From contig JBHGNT010000649.1 of assembly GCA_043228905.1 (NCBI GenBank), positions 1 through 18,427 of the forward strand: a stretch of DNA of 18,427 nt, given 5' to 3'. This DNA comes from Azolla caroliniana (lineage: Eukaryota; Plantae; Polypodiophyta). Under the pieces are notes generated by a model that was not told the origin of the DNA, did not search any database, and saw only the letters and a program-made list of their open reading frames with translations. Positions 8,282 through 18,427 of the stretch are shown here, piece after piece. Made by a program: the position numbers and the translations under genes. Each line of letters opens with the position of its first letter. Positions within the stretch are counted from its first letter, which is position 1.

Positions 8282-9404
8282 TGCTTGTGTTCGGAACTAC
8301 CCCGGTTCTCTCTCCGCCTATTTGAGTGTGTCATGGTTGATCCACCCTTATATACACAAGGCCATGCATGTCTAGTACATGCATGTCCCTTCCCACGTCC
8401 ATTCCTATAGACGTTAATGGCATGATCCATACTTGGGCCACGGAAGAGACCATTCACTTTTATCCACCCCCCTTTACGTGTCCAGGATCCTCCTGCTTCG
8501 ACCTACCATATCACTAGCCCTATACTCACCTCCATCACACCAGGAGTGGGATTATGCACTTGGGCATTTCAAATCTACTAACCTATGGACGCTTCGTCCA
8601 TATTGCAACGTAGACAGTATGTAACCTCATGATAGCCACCTACACATGTGATGCCATTGAGGTTGTAGAGTGCGTATGGGCCTCGTAAAACGAGGATAAG
8701 GTGGTGAGAAAAGGTTTTTAGGGTGTTGGTTCTCTCCACGAAAACGTTATCGGTGGTTGTGGCCACGAGGGGGTTTAGAATCCATTGCGACCAACATACG
8801 GACGACGACACGCGTTTTCATTGTGATTACAAGATCCGTCGTCGTTGTGGACGCTGCAACCACCGGAGGAATATGAAGGTGGCACCATTCAAGGACAACA
8901 TTTCTAGGTGAAACATGCGTGGGTTGGTTGGTTCACACGATGATGAAAATGGTAGATAGACATGGGAATTTCATGTGGAATCATGTTTGTAGTAGGAGTT
9001 ACGATCAGCCACTACTATTGCGCACATCATGGTACGGCGAGACACGGCATTGTATGAGGGTGGCTTCAATACAACATTGTGATGGCATCGACGTTTGACG
9101 AGTTTCGCGTTGCTCGTGAGAGAGATAGCGATAGATGGATAGAGATAGATATAGGTAGGGTGGGAGTGGGTAGTGTGCGTGTGGGCACGTTACCTAATCA
9201 TGTGTGCGTGGAGTTTCATTTTGCTTGTGCAATGAGCGAGCGAGGGCACGCGACCTGATCGTGCGTGCGTGCGTGCATGTTGTGCGCGAGCGTGGGAGAA
9301 ATATGATTGAGAGGGTTATGAGAACGTCAAGACACCACACAGAGCACACCATTTACATTTACGATGTTCAGAAAGTGTATAGTTGAAAAAGTTATGTACG
9401 TTCT

Positions 9405-10442
9405 TTAAAAGTGGCGAATACAAGCGCGTGGGCGAAGATCACATTGTTGGAGAAGGCGAGAGGTTGCCACGCTTAGAAGTTGTTCCTCCTCACCGGCCTT
9501 GAAACGACGACGTTGTTCCTCATCTTGTCGTCCGGTCATGCGATAACGGCGCTCGTCCTCCTCGCGCTCGCTACTGTCTCTCTCTCGCTCGGCATCCTCT
9601 TCCCATTGACGACGTTCCCTTGACACTTGGTTATGGCGGTGACCATCATTGCGTGCCTCTTCTCCGCTAATGTATAAGGCCTCGCGGAGGCGGTTGCAAC
9701 GCTCTTCTACGGGGATTTGTTCCACGTTCCTGCAGCATCTTTCGGAGGGCCTTGCATATCGGCTGATTTCATCCCAAGAGGTGCGACGGCTTCGTCCACG
9801 TTCTTCCTTCTCATTACGTTCTTGTAGGTGGCGGACCTGCCTATCGACGAAGTTTTGGCACTCTTGCCTCAACTCTCGGTCTCGTGGCTCATCGCGATCG
9901 CGGCCGCGACGATCCCGTTCCTCTTCGGACTCTCTCTTGTTGTCTCTGCGACGTCCTTCATCGAGGGATCCTTCACGACGTCGGTCGCGCCTCTCCTGCT
10001 CGACATCCTCCTCCCTGCGTCGATCGCGCCTCTCGTCACGTGACTCATCACGATCGCGACCGCGACGATCCCGTTCCTCTTCGGACTCTCTCTTGTTGTC
10101 TCCGTAGCGCCCCTCCTCGATGGACCCCTCGCGACGTCCCCCGCGCCTCTCCTCATCGAAATCCTCCTCCCTGCGTCGATCGCGCCTCTCCTCACGTGGC
10201 TCATCGCGATCGTGACTGCGACGATCCCGGTCCTCATCCGACTCTCTCTTGTTGTCTCTGTAGCGCCCCTCATCGATGGATCCCTCACGACGTCCGCTGC
10301 GCCTCTCCTCGTCGACATCCTCCTCCCTACGTCGATCGCGCCTCTCCTCTTCGCGATCCCGTCCTACAGATCTAGCATTGGCCGCGCCGCAGGCGGCTAG
10401 CATGATAACCGCCATGAGGAATATGATAGTGAGCTTCGCCAT
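9405..10442 (-). CDS. 2S albumin-like storage protein precursor, copy 5
   Basis: 345-aa translation identical to copy 1. Confidence 0.85.
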   Translation of the reverse strand: MAKLTIIFLMAVIMLAACGAANARSVGRDREEERRDRRREEDVDEERRSGRREGSIDEGRYRDNKRESDEDRDRRSHDRDEPREERRDRRREEDFDEERRGGRREGSIEEGRYGDNKRESEEERDRRGRDRDESRDERRDRRREEDVEQERRDRRREGSLDEGRRRDNKRESEEERDRRGRDRDEPRDRELRQECQNFVDRQVRHLQERNEKEERGRSRRTSWDEISRYARPSERCCRNVEQIPVEERCNRLREALYISGEEARNDGHRHNQVSRERRQWEEDAERERDSSEREEDERRYRMTGRQDEEQRRRFKAGEEEQLLSVATSRLLQQCDLRPRACIRHF

Positions 10443-11565
10443 TGCTTGTGTTCGGAACTACCCCGGTTCTCTCTCCGCCTATTTGAGTGTGTCATGGTTG
10501 ATCCACCCTTATATACACAAGGCCATGCATGTCTAGTACATGCATGTCCCTTCCCACGTCCATTCCTATAGACGTTAATGGCATGATCCATACTTGGGCC
10601 ACGGAAGAGACCATTCACTTTTATCCACCCCCCTTTACGTGTCCAGGATCCTCCTGCTTCGACCTACCATATCACTAGCCCTATACTCACCTCCATCACA
10701 CCAGGAGTGGGATTATGCACTTGGGCATTTCAAATCTACTAACCTATGGACGCTTCGTCCATATTGCAACGTAGACAGTATGTAACCTCATGATAGCCAC
10801 CTACACATGTGATGCCATTGAGGTTGTAGAGTGCGTATGGGCCTCGTAAAACGAGGATAAGGTGGTGAGAAAAGGTTTTTAGGGTGTTGGTTCTCTCCAC
10901 GAAAACGTTATCGGTGGTTGTGGCCACGAGGGGGTTTAGAATCCATTGCGACCAACATACGGACGACGACACGCGTTTTCATTGTGATTACAAGATCCGT
11001 CGTCGTTGTGGACGCTGCAACCACCGGAGGAATATGAAGGTGGCACCATTCAAGGACAACATTTCTAGGTGAAACATGCGTGGGTTGGTTGGTTCACACG
11101 ATGATGAAAATGGTAGATAGACATGGGAATTTCATGTGGAATCATGTTTGTAGTAGGAGTTACGATCAGCCACTACTATTGCGCACATCATGGTACGGCG
11201 AGACACGGCATTGTATGAGGGTGGCTTCAATACAACATTGTGATGGCATCGACGTTTGACGAGTTTCGCGTTGCTCGTGAGAGAGATAGCGATAGATGGA
11301 TAGAGATAGATATAGGTAGGGTGGGAGTGGGTAGTGTGCGTGTGGGCACGTTACCTAATCATGTGTGCGTGGAGTTTCATTTTGCTTGTGCAATGAGCGA
11401 GCGAGGGCACGCGACCTGATCGTGCGTGCGTGCGTGCATGTTGTGCGCGAGCGTGGGAGAAATATGATTGAGAGGGTTATGAGAACGTCAAGACACCACA
11501 CAGAGCACACCATTTACATTTACGATGTTCAGAAAGTGTATAGTTGAAAAAGTTATGTACGTTCT

Positions 11566-12603
11566 TTAAAAGTGGCGAATACAAGCGCGTGGGCGAAGAT
11601 CACATTGTTGGAGAAGGCGAGAGGTTGCCACGCTTAGAAGTTGTTCCTCCTCACCGGCCTTGAAACGACGACGTTGTTCCTCATCTTGTCGTCCGGTCAT
11701 GCGATAACGGCGCTCGTCCTCCTCGCGCTCGCTACTGTCTCTCTCTCGCTCGGCATCCTCTTCCCATTGACGACGTTCCCTTGACACTTGGTTATGGCGG
11801 TGACCATCATTGCGTGCCTCTTCTCCGCTAATGTATAAGGCCTCGCGGAGGCGGTTGCAACGCTCTTCTACGGGGATTTGTTCCACGTTCCTGCAGCATC
11901 TTTCGGAGGGCCTTGCATATCGGCTGATTTCATCCCAAGAGGTGCGACGGCTTCGTCCACGTTCTTCCTTCTCATTACGTTCTTGTAGGTGGCGGACCTG
12001 CCTATCGACGAAGTTTTGGCACTCTTGCCTCAACTCTCGGTCTCGTGGCTCATCGCGATCGCGGCCGCGACGATCCCGTTCCTCTTCGGACTCTCTCTTG
12101 TTGTCTCTGCGACGTCCTTCATCGAGGGATCCTTCACGACGTCGGTCGCGCCTCTCCTGCTCGACATCCTCCTCCCTGCGTCGATCGCGCCTCTCGTCAC
12201 GTGACTCATCACGATCGCGACCGCGACGATCCCGTTCCTCTTCGGACTCTCTCTTGTTGTCTCCGTAGCGCCCCTCCTCGATGGACCCCTCGCGACGTCC
12301 CCCGCGCCTCTCCTCATCGAAATCCTCCTCCCTGCGTCGATCGCGCCTCTCCTCACGTGGCTCATCGCGATCGTGACTGCGACGATCCCGGTCCTCATCC
12401 GACTCTCTCTTGTTGTCTCTGTAGCGCCCCTCATCGATGGATCCCTCACGACGTCCGCTGCGCCTCTCCTCGTCGACATCCTCCTCCCTACGTCGATCGC
12501 GCCTCTCCTCTTCGCGATCCCGTCCTACAGATCTAGCATTGGCCGCGCCGCAGGCGGCTAGCATGATAACCGCCATGAGGAATATGATAGTGAGCTTCGC
12601 CAT
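11566..12603 (-). CDS. 2S albumin-like storage protein precursor, copy 6
   Basis: 345-aa translation identical to copy 1. Confidence 0.85.
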   Translation of the reverse strand: MAKLTIIFLMAVIMLAACGAANARSVGRDREEERRDRRREEDVDEERRSGRREGSIDEGRYRDNKRESDEDRDRRSHDRDEPREERRDRRREEDFDEERRGGRREGSIEEGRYGDNKRESEEERDRRGRDRDESRDERRDRRREEDVEQERRDRRREGSLDEGRRRDNKRESEEERDRRGRDRDEPRDRELRQECQNFVDRQVRHLQERNEKEERGRSRRTSWDEISRYARPSERCCRNVEQIPVEERCNRLREALYISGEEARNDGHRHNQVSRERRQWEEDAERERDSSEREEDERRYRMTGRQDEEQRRRFKAGEEEQLLSVATSRLLQQCDLRPRACIRHF

Positions 12604-13726
12604 TGCTTGTGTTCGGAACTACCCCGGTTCTCTCTCCGCCTATTTGAGTGTGTCATGGTTGATCCACCCTTATATACACAAGGCCATGCATGTCTAGTAC
12701 ATGCATGTCCCTTCCCACGTCCATTCCTATAGACGTTAATGGCATGATCCATACTTGGGCCACGGAAGAGACCATTCACTTTTATCCACCCCCCTTTACG
12801 TGTCCAGGATCCTCCTGCTTCGACCTACCATATCACTAGCCCTATACTCACCTCCATCACACCAGGAGTGGGATTATGCACTTGGGCATTTCAAATCTAC
12901 TAACCTATGGACGCTTCGTCCATATTGCAACGTAGACAGTATGTAACCTCATGATAGCCACCTACACATGTGATGCCATTGAGGTTGTAGAGTGCGTATG
13001 GGCCTCGTAAAACGAGGATAAGGTGGTGAGAAAAGGTTTTTAGGGTGTTGGTTCTCTCCACGAAAACGTTATCGGTGGTTGTGGCCACGAGGGGGTTTAG
13101 AATCCATTGCGACCAACATACGGACGACGACACGCGTTTTCATTGTGATTACAAGATCCGTCGTCGTTGTGGACGCTGCAACCACCGGAGGAATATGAAG
13201 GTGGCACCATTCAAGGACAACATTTCTAGGTGAAACATGCGTGGGTTGGTTGGTTCACACGATGATGAAAATGGTAGATAGACATGGGAATTTCATGTGG
13301 AATCATGTTTGTAGTAGGAGTTACGATCAGCCACTACTATTGCGCACATCATGGTACGGCGAGACACGGCATTGTATGAGGGTGGCTTCAATACAACATT
13401 GTGATGGCATCGACGTTTGACGAGTTTCGCGTTGCTCGTGAGAGAGATAGCGATAGATGGATAGAGATAGATATAGGTAGGGTGGGAGTGGGTAGTGTGC
13501 GTGTGGGCACGTTACCTAATCATGTGTGCGTGGAGTTTCATTTTGCTTGTGCAATGAGCGAGCGAGGGCACGCGACCTGATCGTGCGTGCGTGCGTGCAT
13601 GTTGTGCGCGAGCGTGGGAGAAATATGATTGAGAGGGTTATGAGAACGTCAAGACACCACACAGAGCACACCATTTACATTTACGATGTTCAGAAAGTGT
13701 ATAGTTGAAAAAGTTATGTACGTTCT

Positions 13727-14759
13727 TTAAAAGTGGCGAATACAAGCGCGTGGGCGAAGATCACATTGTTGGAGAAGGCGAGAGGTTGCCACGCTTAGAA
13801 GTTGTTCCTCCTCACCGGCCTAGTACTCTGCGTTGATACCACTGTCGTCCGGTCATGCGATAACGGCGCTCGTCCTCCTCGCGCTCGCTACTGTCTCTCT
13901 CTCGCTCGGCATCCTCTTCCCATTGACGACGTTCCCTTGACACTTGGTTATGGCGGTGACCATCATTGCGTGCCTCTTCTCCGCTAATGTATAAGGCCTC
14001 GCGGAGGCGGTTGCAACGCTCTTCTACGGGGATTTGTTCCACGTTCCTGCAGCATCTTTCGGAGGGCCTTGCATATCGGCTGATTTCATCCCAAGAGGTG
14101 CGACGGCTTCGTCCACGTTCTTCCTTCTCATTACGTTCTTGTAGGTGGCGGACCTGCCTATCGACGAAGTTTTGGCACTCTTGCCTCAACTCTCGGTCTC
14201 GTGGCTCATCGCGATCGCGGCCGCGACGATCCCGTTCCTCTTCGGACTCTCTCTTGTTGTCTCTGCGACGTCCTTCATCGAGGGATCCTTCACGACGTCG
14301 GTCGCGCCTCTCCTGCTCGACATCCTCCTCCCTGCGTCGATCGCGCCTCTCGTCACGTGACTCATCACGATCGCGACCGCGACGATCCCGTTCCTCTTCG
14401 GACTCTCTCTTGTTGTCTCCGTAGCGCCCCTCCTCGATGGACCCCTCGCGACGTCCCCCGCGCCTCTCCTCATCGAAATCCTCCTCCCTGCGTCGATCGC
14501 GCCTCTCCTCACGTGGCTCATCGCGATCGTGACTGCGACGATCCCGGTCCTCATCCGACTCTCTCTTGTTGTCTCTGTAGCGCCCCTCATCGATGGATCC
14601 CTCACGACGTCCGCTGCGCCTCTCCTCGTCGACATCCTCCTCCCTACGTCGATCGCGCCTCTCCTCTTCGCGATCCCGTCCTACAGATCTAGCATTGGCC
14701 GCGCCGCAGGCGGCTAGCATGATAACCGCCATGAGGAATATGATAGTGAGCTTCGCCAT
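13727..14759 (-). CDS. 2S albumin-like storage protein precursor, copy 7; apparent frameshift (315-aa ORF 13812-14759) caused by adapter sequence, probably intact in vivo
   Basis: Identical to the other copies up to ...MTGRQ. Then 26 bp are replaced by 21 bp of adapter (13822-13842). The normal 3' end and TAA (13727) follow unchanged. Confidence 0.75.
13822..13844 (-). other. Library adapter contamination: SMART / template-switch / PacBio ultra-low-input PCR adapter fragment
   Basis: The + strand agtactctgcgttgataccactg is the reverse complement of CAGTGGTATCAACGCAGAGTACT, the last 23 nt of AAGCAGTGGTATCAACGCAGAGTACT. Confidence 0.96.
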
Positions 14760-15882
14760 TGCTTGTGTTCGGAACTACCCCGGTTCTCTCTCCGCCTATT
14801 TGAGTGTGTCATGGTTGATCCACCCTTATATACACAAGGCCATGCATGTCTAGTACATGCATGTCCCTTCCCACGTCCATTCCTATAGACGTTAATGGCA
14901 TGATCCATACTTGGGCCACGGAAGAGACCATTCACTTTTATCCACCCCCCTTTACGTGTCCAGGATCCTCCTGCTTCGACCTACCATATCACTAGCCCTA
15001 TACTCACCTCCATCACACCAGGAGTGGGATTATGCACTTGGGCATTTCAAATCTACTAACCTATGGACGCTTCGTCCATATTGCAACGTAGACAGTATGT
15101 AACCTCATGATAGCCACCTACACATGTGATGCCATTGAGGTTGTAGAGTGCGTATGGGCCTCGTAAAACGAGGATAAGGTGGTGAGAAAAGGTTTTTAGG
15201 GTGTTGGTTCTCTCCACGAAAACGTTATCGGTGGTTGTGGCCACGAGGGGGTTTAGAATCCATTGCGACCAACATACGGACGACGACACGCGTTTTCATT
15301 GTGATTACAAGATCCGTCGTCGTTGTGGACGCTGCAACCACCGGAGGAATATGAAGGTGGCACCATTCAAGGACAACATTTCTAGGTGAAACATGCGTGG
15401 GTTGGTTGGTTCACACGATGATGAAAATGGTAGATAGACATGGGAATTTCATGTGGAATCATGTTTGTAGTAGGAGTTACGATCAGCCACTACTATTGCG
15501 CACATCATGGTACGGCGAGACACGGCATTGTATGAGGGTGGCTTCAATACAACATTGTGATGGCATCGACGTTTGACGAGTTTCGCGTTGCTCGTGAGAG
15601 AGATAGCGATAGATGGATAGAGATAGATATAGGTAGGGTGGGAGTGGGTAGTGTGCGTGTGGGCACGTTACCTAATCATGTGTGCGTGGAGTTTCATTTT
15701 GCTTGTGCAATGAGCGAGCGAGGGCACGCGACCTGATCGTGCGTGCGTGCGTGCATGTTGTGCGCGAGCGTGGGAGAAATATGATTGAGAGGGTTATGAG
15801 AACGTCAAGACACCACACAGAGCACACCATTTACATTTACGATGTTCAGAAAGTGTATAGTTGAAAAAGTTATGTACGTTCT

Positions 15883-16920
15883 TTAAAAGTGGCGAATACA
15901 AGCGCGTGGGCGAAGATCACATTGTTGGAGAAGGCGAGAGGTTGCCACGCTTAGAAGTTGTTCCTCCTCACCGGCCTTGAAACGACGACGTTGTTCCTCA
16001 TCTTGTCGTCCGGTCATGCGATAACGGCGCTCGTCCTCCTCGCGCTCGCTACTGTCTCTCTCTCGCTCGGCATCCTCTTCCCATTGACGACGTTCCCTTG
16101 ACACTTGGTTATGGCGGTGACCATCATTGCGTGCCTCTTCTCCGCTAATGTATAAGGCCTCGCGGAGGCGGTTGCAACGCTCTTCTACGGGGATTTGTTC
16201 CACGTTCCTGCAGCATCTTTCGGAGGGCCTTGCATATCGGCTGATTTCATCCCAAGAGGTGCGACGGCTTCGTCCACGTTCTTCCTTCTCATTACGTTCT
16301 TGTAGGTGGCGGACCTGCCTATCGACGAAGTTTTGGCACTCTTGCCTCAACTCTCGGTCTCGTGGCTCATCGCGATCGCGGCCGCGACGATCCCGTTCCT
16401 CTTCGGACTCTCTCTTGTTGTCTCTGCGACGTCCTTCATCGAGGGATCCTTCACGACGTCGGTCGCGCCTCTCCTGCTCGACATCCTCCTCCCTGCGTCG
16501 ATCGCGCCTCTCGTCACGTGACTCATCACGATCGCGACCGCGACGATCCCGTTCCTCTTCGGACTCTCTCTTGTTGTCTCCGTAGCGCCCCTCCTCGATG
16601 GACCCCTCGCGACGTCCCCCGCGCCTCTCCTCATCGAAATCCTCCTCCCTGCGTCGATCGCGCCTCTCCTCACGTGGCTCATCGCGATCGTGACTGCGAC
16701 GATCCCGGTCCTCATCCGACTCTCTCTTGTTGTCTCTGTAGCGCCCCTCATCGATGGATCCCTCACGACGTCCGCTGCGCCTCTCCTCGTCGACATCCTC
16801 CTCCCTACGTCGATCGCGCCTCTCCTCTTCGCGATCCCGTCCTACAGATCTAGCATTGGCCGCGCCGCAGGCGGCTAGCATGATAACCGCCATGAGGAAT
16901 ATGATAGTGAGCTTCGCCAT
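15883..16920 (-). CDS. 2S albumin-like storage protein precursor, copy 8
   Basis: 345-aa translation identical to copy 1. Confidence 0.85.
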   Translation of the reverse strand: MAKLTIIFLMAVIMLAACGAANARSVGRDREEERRDRRREEDVDEERRSGRREGSIDEGRYRDNKRESDEDRDRRSHDRDEPREERRDRRREEDFDEERRGGRREGSIEEGRYGDNKRESEEERDRRGRDRDESRDERRDRRREEDVEQERRDRRREGSLDEGRRRDNKRESEEERDRRGRDRDEPRDRELRQECQNFVDRQVRHLQERNEKEERGRSRRTSWDEISRYARPSERCCRNVEQIPVEERCNRLREALYISGEEARNDGHRHNQVSRERRQWEEDAERERDSSEREEDERRYRMTGRQDEEQRRRFKAGEEEQLLSVATSRLLQQCDLRPRACIRHF

Positions 16921-18043
16921 TGCTTGTGTTCGGAACTACCCCGGTTCTCTCTCCGCCTATTTGAGTGTGTCATGGTTGATCCACCCTTATATACACAAGG
17001 CCATGCATGTCTAGTACATGCATGTCCCTTCCCACGTCCATTCCTATAGACGTTAATGGCATGATCCATACTTGGGCCACGGAAGAGACCATTCACTTTT
17101 ATCCACCCCCCTTTACGTGTCCAGGATCCTCCTGCTTCGACCTACCATATCACTAGCCCTATACTCACCTCCATCACACCAGGAGTGGGATTATGCACTT
17201 GGGCATTTCAAATCTACTAACCTATGGACGCTTCGTCCATATTGCAACGTAGACAGTATGTAACCTCATGATAGCCACCTACACATGTGATGCCATTGAG
17301 GTTGTAGAGTGCGTATGGGCCTCGTAAAACGAGGATAAGGTGGTGAGAAAAGGTTTTTAGGGTGTTGGTTCTCTCCACGAAAACGTTATCGGTGGTTGTG
17401 GCCACGAGGGGGTTTAGAATCCATTGCGACCAACATACGGACGACGACACGCGTTTTCATTGTGATTACAAGATCCGTCGTCGTTGTGGACGCTGCAACC
17501 ACCGGAGGAATATGAAGGTGGCACCATTCAAGGACAACATTTCTAGGTGAAACATGCGTGGGTTGGTTGGTTCACACGATGATGAAAATGGTAGATAGAC
17601 ATGGGAATTTCATGTGGAATCATGTTTGTAGTAGGAGTTACGATCAGCCACTACTATTGCGCACATCATGGTACGGCGAGACACGGCATTGTATGAGGGT
17701 GGCTTCAATACAACATTGTGATGGCATCGACGTTTGACGAGTTTCGCGTTGCTCGTGAGAGAGATAGCGATAGATGGATAGAGATAGATATAGGTAGGGT
17801 GGGAGTGGGTAGTGTGCGTGTGGGCACGTTACCTAATCATGTGTGCGTGGAGTTTCATTTTGCTTGTGCAATGAGCGAGCGAGGGCACGCGACCTGATCG
17901 TGCGTGCGTGCGTGCATGTTGTGCGCGAGCGTGGGAGAAATATGATTGAGAGGGTTATGAGAACGTCAAGACACCACACAGAGCACACCATTTACATTTA
18001 CGATGTTCAGAAAGTGTATAGTTGAAAAAGTTATGTACGTTCT

Positions 18044-18427
18044 TTAAAAGTGGCGAATACAAGCGCGTGGGCGAAGATCACATTGTTGGAGAAGGCGAGA
18101 GGTTGCCACGCTTAGAAGTTGTTCCTCCTCACCGGCCTTGAAACGACGACGTTGTTCCTCATCTTGTCGTCCGGTCATGCGATAACGGCGCTCGTCCTCC
18201 TCGCGCTCGCTACTGTCTCTCTCTCGCTCGGCATCCTCTTCCCATTGACGACGTTCCCTTGACACTTGGTTATGGCGGTGACCATCATTGCGTGCCTCTT
18301 CTCCGCTAATGTATAAGGCCTCGCGGAGGCGGTTGCAACGCTCTTCTACGGGGATTTGTTCCACGTTCCTGCAGCATCTTTCGGAGGGCCTTGCATATCG
18401 GCTGATTTCATCCCAAGAGGTGCGACG
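18044..18427 (-). CDS. 2S albumin-like storage protein precursor, copy 9 (3' part only; the 5' part is beyond the window edge)
   Basis: The C-terminal residues (..RRTSWDEI..ERCC..RACIRHF stop) are identical to the other copies. The 106-aa ORF call uses an internal GTG only because the window ends. Confidence 0.8.
   Translation of the reverse strand, partial: RRTSWDEISRYARPSERCCRNVEQIPVEERCNRLREALYISGEEARNDGHRHNQVSRERRQWEEDAERERDSSEREEDERRYRMTGRQDEEQRRRFKAGEEEQLLSVATSRLLQQCDLRPRACIRHF

Larger units (their letters stand above)
1..18427. repeat. Head-to-tail tandem array of a 2161-bp gene-containing unit (about 8.5 copies in the window, continuing past both edges)
   Basis: The string tagacagtat recurs at 1, 2162, 4289, 6450, 8611, 10772, 12933, 15089 and 17250. 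Unit lengths are 2161, 2127, 2161, 2161, 2161, 2161, 2156, 2161 and a partial 1178. The ORF track repeats with the same period. Confidence 0.99.

Noticed and set aside
13812-14759. Copy 7 as a real pseudogene or C-terminal variant (WYQRRVLGR)
   Set aside because: The altered segment is library adapter sequence; QWYQRRV is the translation of the SMART oligo.

Overview
The whole window is a head-to-tail tandem array of a ~2161-bp unit: 8 complete copies plus a partial ninth, running off both edges. Each unit holds one intronless minus-strand gene for a secreted, very Arg/Glu/Asp-rich 345-aa protein. The protein has a signal peptide, three 52-aa internal repeats and a C-terminal 2S-albumin-like (prolamin superfamily) domain with only 6 of the 8 canonical cysteines. 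A compact plant seed/spore-maturation-type promoter lies upstream (TATA box, two RY CATGCATG motifs, two ABRE/ACGT boxes). This points to a land-plant nuclear storage-protein gene array; the lineage cannot be fixed from the sequence alone. By eye the copies are almost identical, with three exceptions: one synonymous SNP in copy 1, a cluster of five deletions (34 bp in total) in the spacer of unit 2, and a 21-for-26-bp replacement in copy 7. That replacement matches the SMART / PacBio ultra-low-input PCR adapter, so the apparent frameshift there is a technical artefact.
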